Assembly: GCA_965602015.1 (NCBI GenBank)
Contig: OZ271918.1
Location: 224,001 to 288,000 of the forward strand
Length of the DNA: 64,000 bases
Origin: Salinispira sp.
GTDB taxonomy: Bacteria > Spirochaetota > Spirochaetia > DSM-27196 > Salinispiraceae
Direction: 5' to 3'
Numbering within the stretch: position 1 is the stretch's first letter; every line of letters begins with the position of its first letter. The notes beneath the pieces are model-generated. The model made no database searches, was not told where the DNA came from, and was given only the letters and a program-made list of their open reading frames with translations. The position numbers and the translations under genes were made by a program. Positions 11,701 to 18,299 of the stretch are shown piece after piece.

Positions 11701-11739
11701 GCCCGTTATCCCGACCTCAGGCAAACAGCGATGCACTAA
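8722..11739 (+). CDS. Insulinase-family (M16C, presequence protease-like) zinc metallopeptidase
   Basis: HILEH inverted zincin motif, FLNAMTYPDKT, GVVYNEMK, IRMEGGAYG, SYRDP; AGGAG before ATG 8722. Confidence 0.9.
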   Translation: MSLNNLSSSIPEVGTRIGRFILESVDRLEEYQSFGLLFREENSGCEIYHVVNEDEENLFSYNFKTIPEDSSGVAHILEHTVLCGSEKYPVKDPFVMLYKGSMQTFLNAMTYPDKTLYPASSTVPRDLFNLMSVYTDAVFFPLLKEDHFRQEGHRLEKNPEGEIEITGVVYNEMKANYSTHDDIASDHTFRTVFPDTPYAFDSGGDPAEIPNLRYSYFLDFHRRYYHPSNCRIFLYGNIPSRDYLDFLDRELFSRFSPDALKNRGEVEVPLQKTWDAPKSMEVSYPASADEPGGGATSVNLTWLLGPVSDRKTALAVELLSDVLLGNPASPIQKLINESDLGEDLSSTSGYENEFRQMLFSVGMRGTKPERAQAVEDLIMGGLRDAAENGIHPSLLEGSLRRFEFRSREIKGGGPFGLRLLSRSMRSWLHGEQPRHSMDFAPVLQEVKAELETNPRYLQDLIRELLLDNTHRCRLTVYPDSSQNERESRAERESVDAKLAALGKDGENIVGQWTEEFARFQGTPDTPEAIASLPFLTVEDIPAEVRSIPNSRHRLDASQPLYYHEVFTNGISYVDLGFSISDLPPEYQLFVPLLTHMLPQIGSTSRSYEEVNLDWGLKTGGFSAYGENSSTVEKTNLQHCYLRLKTLDDMSDQGIDLVGEVTRSADFQDLKYLWELFSEFRNDMRSGIVQSGTNYPATRVSRALNSRAYVDDIWRGVIQQRFLEALHQLAMADRSSAMLFLSSRLRELADWIFSSDALIANVTCEAGQFEQLRAQVSAYAASLSSRSAATLPVAEVRGMLPEIGGLLDEEPAGRELIIHSTKVNFTAMALRASHLREREQVAELILAHILRTGLLWEKIRMEGGAYGAFAVPDGLSGLFVFGSYRDPAIEKSWAAYAESLEIIAAGALDQQTLDLAKIAIAGKELRPLSPAEQGLISFKREKYGISDELRQQRRRWLIGCTLDDVLAAAKRLSENCRDAVFAVLADGSVANDLAARYPDLRQTAMH

Positions 11740-11820
11740 AAAACCCTCATGCTCCTGCGGCAGGCCGTCGATGTATTAAAAGAGGCATTGGCCGGGCTGC
11801 CGGCCTGCCGACGGGAGTGA

Positions 11821-12279
11821 ATGGTGAAAGCATATATACGTCGAGTAACAATATTTTTATTAGTCGCAGCGATGTGCTCTGCGGCATACGGTCAGGACGG
11901 CAGCGAGGCAGACCCCAGCCTGGTGGCGGTTGGTTCCCTATCGGCCTCGAATCTGTATTTAAGCTATCTCGTCCTGGGAACTGTAGCCGACGGCTTTGTC
12001 AGCGGAAGCTATGATCTGGAAACCACGAAGAGCATCGCCCTGGAAACCATCTTTCTCAACGGCAACTCCAAATCCGCCCTCGAGTCCCTCATTGACTCGG
12101 ATGTCATCGCGCCTGAAGAAAGCATGGTCGTCAATGAAATGATTCAGAGCTACATGGTCCTGGACAATATGGCTGAAGCTCTTATCAGATTCGTTGAGGA
12201 CGATGAGGACAATGGAGCGGCATATCAGGTGTTTCGGGTGGAAGCCTGGGAACGCATATCGAGACTTCTGGGCCTTTGA
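11821..12279 (+). CDS. Hypothetical exported protein
   Basis: 152-aa ORF with signal-peptide-like N-terminus and GGAG ribosome-binding site. Confidence 0.65.
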   Translation: MVKAYIRRVTIFLLVAAMCSAAYGQDGSEADPSLVAVGSLSASNLYLSYLVLGTVADGFVSGSYDLETTKSIALETIFLNGNSKSALESLIDSDVIAPEESMVVNEMIQSYMVLDNMAEALIRFVEDDEDNGAAYQVFRVEAWERISRLLGL

Positions 12280-12319
12280 CAAGAGTCTTTCACCCGCCCG
12301 ATAGCCGGGCGAAAACGCG

Positions 12320-12892
12320 CTAACTGCTGGCCTGGACCGTAAGAAGCAGGCTGTACACCCCGCCTTCCCCGAGAAATGAAAAATCGACCACAACTCTTCC
12401 GTCAGGTATTCGCCACTGGGCTTCCTTCACCTTGTAACCCCGGTGCGCCTTTTCGGCCGGATTGATGAACTCATTATGACCCTGATCTTCCCTCCAGGGC
12501 GTACCGTAGAGCACGCTGTACTTGTTGATAAAATCATTGGCAGCCTGATACGTCCGTTCGAACAGATCTGCAGACACATCGGTCTGGTGAGCGTTGAACA
12601 TAAACCAGCTGAGTCGGTCTCCGTGAAATGAATATACCCAGCGGCCGGGAATGCCGAACTCCCTGCTTTGGCGGATGAACTGATCCCCCTCATTGACCCG
12701 GGCCTGGGGGTACAGAGCACGAAAATCATCAATACTCATTCCCAGCCGTATTCCGCGTTCCGCATCGGACGAGGAGGAATACCCTTGGGATATTTCCTGT
12801 TCTGAAGGATTGCAGGAAAGCAGCGCAAAACTAATTGCCGCAATAAGGGCGGACCTCATGATGAATCTCAGCGGGAGCGTAAACCTGGTCAT
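12320..12892 (-). CDS. Hypothetical lipoprotein
   Basis: Hydrophobic leader ending in LLSC (lipobox-like); start may be the later ATG (MRSALI...). Confidence 0.6.
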   Translation of the reverse strand: MTRFTLPLRFIMRSALIAAISFALLSCNPSEQEISQGYSSSSDAERGIRLGMSIDDFRALYPQARVNEGDQFIRQSREFGIPGRWVYSFHGDRLSWFMFNAHQTDVSADLFERTYQAANDFINKYSVLYGTPWREDQGHNEFINPAEKAHRGYKVKEAQWRIPDGRVVVDFSFLGEGGVYSLLLTVQASS

Positions 12893-12976
12893 ACGGGTGT
12901 GTATCCTGAAGTGAATTGGGTATGATTTTATATCAGAAAATCACCACCGCTGTCAATTTAATATGAAGTGATGGTA

Positions 12977-12994
12977 TGAAAGCGGTGCCTCCCC
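12977..12994 (+). repeat. Left sub-terminal inverted repeat of IS copy 1
   Basis: tgaaagcggtgcctcccc, exact reverse complement of 14252-14269. Confidence 0.95.
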
Positions 12995-13045
12995 CGAGAT
13001 CCTGCCAGTCAGGGTCTATATTAAATACCGGAGGAGGACAACCAA

Positions 13046-14098
13046 ATGAGTAGTATTATTATATCCCTCGACAGCCATAAACGGTATACCGTGGCTGCAA
13101 TTGAGGACGAAAAAGGAAGGAAATCCTCACAGCGCATAGAACATTCTCACGGGTGTATTCGTGATTTTCTCCAACAATTTGAGCCGGGACAGGAAGTCGC
13201 ACTTGAAACAATCGGAAGTTGGTACTGGATTGTGGATGAGATTGAGGAGGCCGGCATGAACCCCTTGCTGGTACATGCCGGTAAGTCAAAATTGATGATG
13301 GCCATGTTTAACAAAACTGACAAACTCGATGCTGAAGGTCTCAATAAACTTCAAAAAGCAGGCACACTGCCTACTGTGTGGATTCCACCAGGAGAATTGC
13401 GTGATAAACGAGAACTCTATCGAACCCGGATGCAGTTCGTTCAGGAGTTGATACGTGAAAAGAACCAAATTCATGCCGGGTTCGAGAAATATGGGTTTCG
13501 ATTCAATGATGTGAGCGATCTGTTCGGAAAAGCAGGTACAGAAGCCATGAAGAAGGTAATGCCAAAACTCCCCGAGCATACCCGCACCATGATGAAACTC
13601 AAGCTCGATAATCTCGCGTTTATTAAGCAATCTATCACCGACTGCGAACAACGAATGCATGAAGCGTTTGATGAAAATGCTGAAATGAAGTTGGTGAAAT
13701 CCATTCCCGGGATCGGATTTATTCTCAGCGCAGTCATTGTGCATGAAATTGGAGACATACATCGCTTTAAGACCGCTGAACATTTTGCATCATACTGTGG
13801 TACAACGCCGCGCGTTCACTCGAGCGGAGGTAAAACTCATTATGGTCGAACATCGAAAGCATGTAATCGATACTTGAAGTGGGCACTTACTGAAGCAGCT
13901 AATGTAACCTGTCTTAATCAAAGAAATTGGGCGAACCGACATACGGTAAAACTCTACAAGAGAGTTCGTACTAAACGTAATCATAAGGTTGCAATAATCG
14001 CCGTGGCACGGCACTTAGCAGAAGCAATATTTTGGATATTGCAGAAAGAACAGCATTACAAAGATCCTGCATTAGCGGGTTTGTCCAGACAGGGGTAA
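13046..14098 (+). CDS. IS110-family DEDD recombinase/transposase
   Basis: RuvC-like DEDD residues D9, E54, D92, D95 (SLDSHK, ALETIG, KTDKLDA); C-terminal IPGIG...YCGTTP...HSSGG with predicted catalytic Ser; GGAGGAGG ribosome-binding site. Confidence 0.96.
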   Translation: MSSIIISLDSHKRYTVAAIEDEKGRKSSQRIEHSHGCIRDFLQQFEPGQEVALETIGSWYWIVDEIEEAGMNPLLVHAGKSKLMMAMFNKTDKLDAEGLNKLQKAGTLPTVWIPPGELRDKRELYRTRMQFVQELIREKNQIHAGFEKYGFRFNDVSDLFGKAGTEAMKKVMPKLPEHTRTMMKLKLDNLAFIKQSITDCEQRMHEAFDENAEMKLVKSIPGIGFILSAVIVHEIGDIHRFKTAEHFASYCGTTPRVHSSGGKTHYGRTSKACNRYLKWALTEAANVTCLNQRNWANRHTVKLYKRVRTKRNHKVAIIAVARHLAEAIFWILQKEQHYKDPALAGLSRQG

Positions 14099-14251
14099 GC
14101 GCGTTTTTGGGGCTACAGCGCGAATACGAGGCTGTGCAAAGTGATTGCGACACCCCTGGAAGGACATTTTCATGCCACGTGGATGGCGGAGATATGACTC
14201 GGACAAAACCGATTTGCAGAATTTTTGTAATAGAACATTGAAAACTCTTGC
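14082..14251 (+). ncRNA. Putative bridge/seek RNA of IS copy 1 (ends approximate)
   Basis: Stems 14082-86/14162-66, 14090-96/14152-58, 14114-19/14131-36; loop segments match the target (14103-14113, 14139-14143) and the donor junction (14168-14177, 14190-14197). Confidence 0.75.
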
Positions 14252-14269
14252 GGGGAGGCACCGCTTTCA
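14252..14269 (-). repeat. Right sub-terminal inverted repeat of IS copy 1
   Basis: ggggaggcaccgctttca, followed by gata and then the target TG. Confidence 0.95.
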
Positions 14270-14273
14270 GATA

Positions 14274-14416
14274 TGCCCCCAAAACAGCTGATATTGTGCG
14301 CTAAGTATCAATCCTGGCTGGAAATGCAAATGAAGTGACAAAAAACCTTGAGATTAGTCCCTTACTTCTTGTTCTTAAGGCATTTGCATCAATTCCATCA
14401 GCTGTTTTGGGGGCAC
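14274..14416. repeat. MITE/REP-like element with ~20-bp terminal inverted repeats; left tip interrupted by IS copy 1
   Basis: tgcccccaaaacagctgat (14274-14292) and atcagctgttttgggggcac (14397-14416); internal complementary segments tgcaaatg/catttgca. Confidence 0.8.
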
Positions 14417-14445
14417 TACCAATTTGACAAAGGCCGGGGAGGCAA

Positions 14446-15303
14446 TCAAAGCAGCTCCCGCAGCTTACCGATGCTCAGGGGGGCACAGCCTTCGTAGTGA
14501 TTATTAACATTGATAATCGTTTCAATACCCCGTTCTTCGAGCATGCGGGCAGCCTTGGCTATGAGCATCAGGTCGTCATCCATGGGGCGGATTATTCTTC
14601 CCCATTTTTTTTCGCTGAGCCGGTCCATTTCTTTGCGTTCGGGCCCGTGCAGACGAAGCACCACGGGGGCCTTTGTGCCAATATCTGCAATAAAGCTCTC
14701 AATGGTTTTGTATGCCGGAGGCAGGTAATACCCATGGATCAGTACCGGTGAAATCGAGTATCGGTCGAGCAGACGGAAAAATCCGCCGCTGAAATACTGG
14801 GGATTGCGGATTTCGACGCCGAACCAGGGTTCATTTTCCGAACGGATATCTTCGGGGAGTGAGGAGAAAAAATCCTCCAGAAGATTCATAAAGCTGTCGG
14901 CGCCGGTCATCTTCCGCTTATTCAAATACTCAAACTGGAACATCAACACCCGGGTTTTGGGAATTATCGGAGAGAGTCTTCGCAACACCTCCTCCAACAC
15001 ACTCCGGGATAAAAAGTCCGGGTTGATTCTCAGGGGACCGCCGGATCCCCGATAGTGGGTGAGGCTCAGGCTGTCCGGGAGCTTAATGGTGAAGCGGAAA
15101 TCCTCGCCCACGCTTGCCGAGTAATCCAGCGCCGTTGCGCTGTCGGGAAGCTTTGTTCCCCCGTCAAATAGGCTCCAGAACCACTGATCTATTTCAACGG
15201 TGGAAAAAAGACGGGAGTACTCGGAAAGATAGTTTTCGCAGTCCGGGGAATATACGATGTCAGTCCATTCAGGATACTTCCAGCTGCAGGTTCCAATACG
15301 CAT
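14446..15303 (-). CDS. DUF72 domain protein
   Basis: MRIGTCSWKY..W, TVEID, F.FTIK, VEIRN, LRLHG, NNHYEG. Confidence 0.88.
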   Translation of the reverse strand: MRIGTCSWKYPEWTDIVYSPDCENYLSEYSRLFSTVEIDQWFWSLFDGGTKLPDSATALDYSASVGEDFRFTIKLPDSLSLTHYRGSGGPLRINPDFLSRSVLEEVLRRLSPIIPKTRVLMFQFEYLNKRKMTGADSFMNLLEDFFSSLPEDIRSENEPWFGVEIRNPQYFSGGFFRLLDRYSISPVLIHGYYLPPAYKTIESFIADIGTKAPVVLRLHGPERKEMDRLSEKKWGRIIRPMDDDLMLIAKAARMLEERGIETIINVNNHYEGCAPLSIGKLRELL

Positions 15304-15367
15304 AACTACAGTATAGTGTTTCCCGAGAAATTTGACCCGGAGCATGCTTACTGATATAACGGATGGT

Positions 15368-16783
15368 ATGAGTTTTATTATTGTCGGTGCCGGCGTGGTC
15401 GGCCTTCAGGTAGCACGAAGGCTGATAGAAGAGCAAAAAGACGTCACCATAATAGAACAGAGCGAAGAAGCGGCCCGATATGCCGCATCCCGCCTCGACT
15501 GTATGGTTATTACCGGTCAGGGGAACAACCTTGAGGTGCTGAGACACGCGGGAGTCGAACGGGCCGAATACTTCATTGCCCTGACCGGCTCCGATGAGAT
15601 CAACATGATCTGCTGTTCCCTTGTAGCCGCCGAGTTCCAGGTTCCCCATAAGGTCGCCCGGGTGCGGGCGGTGGAATATCTGGAAACCCAGATGACCGAA
15701 CAGCGCTACCTGGGCATCGACTATGTCATCAATCCCGAGACCGAGGCCGCAAAGACCATAATTCAGCAGCTGGATACCGGGGCCCGCAACTATGTCATGG
15801 TTTTCGAAAACATGGACATTCACATCCAGCGCATTCTTGTGGATGACGACTCCCCGTTCGCCAACAAGGCCATCCATCAGCTTCCCGCCATACTTCCCTT
15901 TTCCTTTGTTGTTCCCGTAATTCAAAGAGATTCCAACATCATTATCCCCGATGGTAACACCATGGTCCTGGAAGGCGACGAGATGTATGTGGCCGCAAAG
16001 GAGAATGACGTCAAACGGATTTTCCAGGTCCTGGGAGAGAAGGAAAGTCAGGCCAAACGCATTCTCCTGGTCGGTGGCGGTACCATCGGCCGGCTGGTGC
16101 TTCACCACCTGTTGGGTGACGGGCTGAGCGCCCCCGGCTTTTTCAAACGCTTGACCAGACTGGTCCGGCGCAGGAGTTCAAGAACCGTCAAAATTGTCGA
16201 GAGGGATTACCAGAAGTGCAAAATGCTCAGCGACCACTATCCGGAAGCCCTGGTCATTAATGCGGATATCTCCGAAGAAAATATTTTTGAGGAAGAAGGG
16301 CTTTCGGAATGCGACCTGATGATAACTGCCACGGAAAACTCGGAGATGAATATCGTCGCAGGACTGTATGCCCGCAAGATGGGCATAGACCGGGCTATCA
16401 CCCTGGTGCGTTCTGAGAACTACGCGCACATTGCCGAAGAACTCGGCATTAATGTGGTGGTCAGTTTAAAACACACGGTGGTCAATTCCATTCTCCGATA
16501 CCTGCTAAAGGGCAATATAAGCACCATTCAGACTGCGGGCCGTGGACTGGTTGAGTTTCTCGAGCTTCAGGTCGAACAGGGCAGCCGGATTGTGGGAGAG
16601 CAGATAAAAAATCTCCGTCTGCCGCCGGAGACCCTCATTCTATACATCAACCGGGGGGAGCGCACTTATATTCCCGATGGAAACAGCGTACTTGAGAGCG
16701 GTGACCACATCATTATTCTTGCAAGGAAGGAATTTGTGCCCCGCATAGAAGATTTGGTGACCAACTCCGCTTCGGGGCAGTGA
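15368..16783 (+). CDS. trkA: Trk potassium uptake system NAD-binding subunit
   Basis: Two RCK Rossmann motifs (GAGVVG, GGGTIG) plus TrkA-C (IPDGN) repeats; upstream of trkH. Confidence 0.9.
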   Translation: MSFIIVGAGVVGLQVARRLIEEQKDVTIIEQSEEAARYAASRLDCMVITGQGNNLEVLRHAGVERAEYFIALTGSDEINMICCSLVAAEFQVPHKVARVRAVEYLETQMTEQRYLGIDYVINPETEAAKTIIQQLDTGARNYVMVFENMDIHIQRILVDDDSPFANKAIHQLPAILPFSFVVPVIQRDSNIIIPDGNTMVLEGDEMYVAAKENDVKRIFQVLGEKESQAKRILLVGGGTIGRLVLHHLLGDGLSAPGFFKRLTRLVRRRSSRTVKIVERDYQKCKMLSDHYPEALVINADISEENIFEEEGLSECDLMITATENSEMNIVAGLYARKMGIDRAITLVRSENYAHIAEELGINVVVSLKHTVVNSILRYLLKGNISTIQTAGRGLVEFLELQVEQGSRIVGEQIKNLRLPPETLILYINRGERTYIPDGNSVLESGDHIIILARKEFVPRIEDLVTNSASGQ

Positions 16784-16802
16784 CCATGCAGAGGAAAACT
16801 TC

Positions 16803-18254
16803 GTGAAGGGAATAGCGATTACCCGGGCTCTATCCGCCATCGTGCTCATGGTAGCCCTGTTTATGGTGTTTCCCGTATTGGTGGCGGTTTTTGAGGGTAC
16901 GCCGGAGCATATTATGGCATTCGTCTGGCCGGCCCTCGGAGCGATTGTGTTTTCCGGCGCCATCCTGCTTTCCACCTGGAACCACCGGGGCGATATTAAT
17001 CCCAAAAGCGGTTTCCTCCTGGTGAGCCTGGGATGGGTCCTGGTTTCCGCCTTCAGCGCCATTCCCTTCGTCATCAGCGGGTCTATTCCCTCCTACACCG
17101 ATGCGTTTTTTGAAACAATGAGCGGTTTTACTACTACGGGGGCATCCATACTCACGGCCATCGAGAGCATGCCCCGCCCCTTTTTGTTCTGGCGATCCCT
17201 TACTCACTGGCTGGGTGGAATGGGAATCGTGGTTTTGGCTGTTGCCCTCTTCCCCCTGCTGGGAATCGGCGGTCTCCAGCTCATGAAGGCCGAAGCGCCG
17301 GGTCCCGATGTAGACCGGCTTACCAGCAGGATTACCGGAACAGCGAAAATCCTCTGGCTGATATATCTCGGAATGACGGTTCTGGAAACCCTGCTGCTCA
17401 TGCTCGGGGGGATGGATCTCTTTGAGGCCTTGACCCACACCTTCGGGACCCTGGCCACCGGAGGGTTCAGTCCGAAAAACGCCAGTGTGGGCCATTATTC
17501 CAGCCCCTACATCCAGAATGTCATAACCGTATTTATGGTTCTGGCCGGAACCAATTTTATTATGCACTACCGGCTGTTAACCGGTCGGTTCAAGCTTCTG
17601 TGGCAGAACTCGGAACTCAAGGCCTATCTGGGTATTTTCGCCGTTACGGCGCTGATCATGGCCTGGAATCTCTATCGGGAAAATGTGTACGGGAGCTTTC
17701 CCACAGCCCTGCGCTACGCCGGCTTTCAAACAGCAAGCATAATTACCACCACCGGCTACGCAACGGCTGACTTTGCCCTGTGGCCCGGACTGAGCAAGGC
17801 ATTGCTTCTGGCTACCATGTTTATCGGCGGCTGTGCGGGGTCCACCGGCGGCGGGCCCAAGGTGGTGAGGATCATCGCCCTGCTCAAACAGGGTTTTACC
17901 GAAATGAAGTACCTGCTGCACCCCAGGAGTGTGTTCACCGTAAAGCTCAACGGCGCCAGACTCAGGAAATCCGTGGTGTACACCATTGCCGGTTTTATCG
18001 TGCTCTACCTGTTTTTCCTGATTCTCACGACCATTGTGGTGTCCACCGGGGGATATGATCTGGAAACCAGCTTTTCTACCGCACTGGTGACCCTGGGAAA
18101 CATCGGTCCCGGATTCGGGCTCGTCGGACCCAGCCAGAATTACGCGTTTTTTCCCGCCGGCGTGAAGTGGTACCTCAGCTTTATCATGATGCTCGGGCGG
18201 CTCGAGCTGTACACTGTTTTGGTGCTCTTTTCACCCCAGTTCTGGCGGCGTTAG
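16803..18254 (+). CDS. trkH: Trk potassium uptake membrane protein
   Basis: FETMSGFTTTG, WLGGMG, ATGGFS, TTTGY, GGCAGSTGGG, LGNIGPG, GRLE. Confidence 0.95.
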   Translation: MKGIAITRALSAIVLMVALFMVFPVLVAVFEGTPEHIMAFVWPALGAIVFSGAILLSTWNHRGDINPKSGFLLVSLGWVLVSAFSAIPFVISGSIPSYTDAFFETMSGFTTTGASILTAIESMPRPFLFWRSLTHWLGGMGIVVLAVALFPLLGIGGLQLMKAEAPGPDVDRLTSRITGTAKILWLIYLGMTVLETLLLMLGGMDLFEALTHTFGTLATGGFSPKNASVGHYSSPYIQNVITVFMVLAGTNFIMHYRLLTGRFKLLWQNSELKAYLGIFAVTALIMAWNLYRENVYGSFPTALRYAGFQTASIITTTGYATADFALWPGLSKALLLATMFIGGCAGSTGGGPKVVRIIALLKQGFTEMKYLLHPRSVFTVKLNGARLRKSVVYTIAGFIVLYLFFLILTTIVVSTGGYDLETSFSTALVTLGNIGPGFGLVGPSQNYAFFPAGVKWYLSFIMMLGRLELYTVLVLFSPQFWRR

Positions 18255-18299
18255 GCAACCCATTTTGCCTTATCCTGAATAATATCGTAGTATTAATCC

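Larger units (their letters stand above)
12969..14273 (+). mobile_element. IS110-family, IS1111-type insertion sequence, copy 1 (1305 bp including one TG core)
   Basis: Boundaries come from comparing copy 2 and the empty target sites; sub-terminal 18-bp inverted repeats at 12977-12994 and 14252-14269; no target-site duplication, TG at both junctions. Confidence 0.92.

Noticed and set aside
12288..12316. Hairpin between convergent genes as an intrinsic terminator (likewise the hairpin at 7236-7251)
   Set aside because: Stems are present but there is no properly placed U-tract, so they were not called.
14032..14241. 69-aa ORF in the IS right end (and its twin at 54090-54299), plus antisense ORFs within the transposases
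   Set aside because: No recognisable motif or ribosome-binding site; the region is better explained as structured guide RNA, and identity between copies only reflects IS duplication.
12961..14292. Target-site duplication flanking the IS
   Set aside because: Only the 2-bp TG core occurs on both sides; flanks are otherwise different, as expected for the IS110 family.
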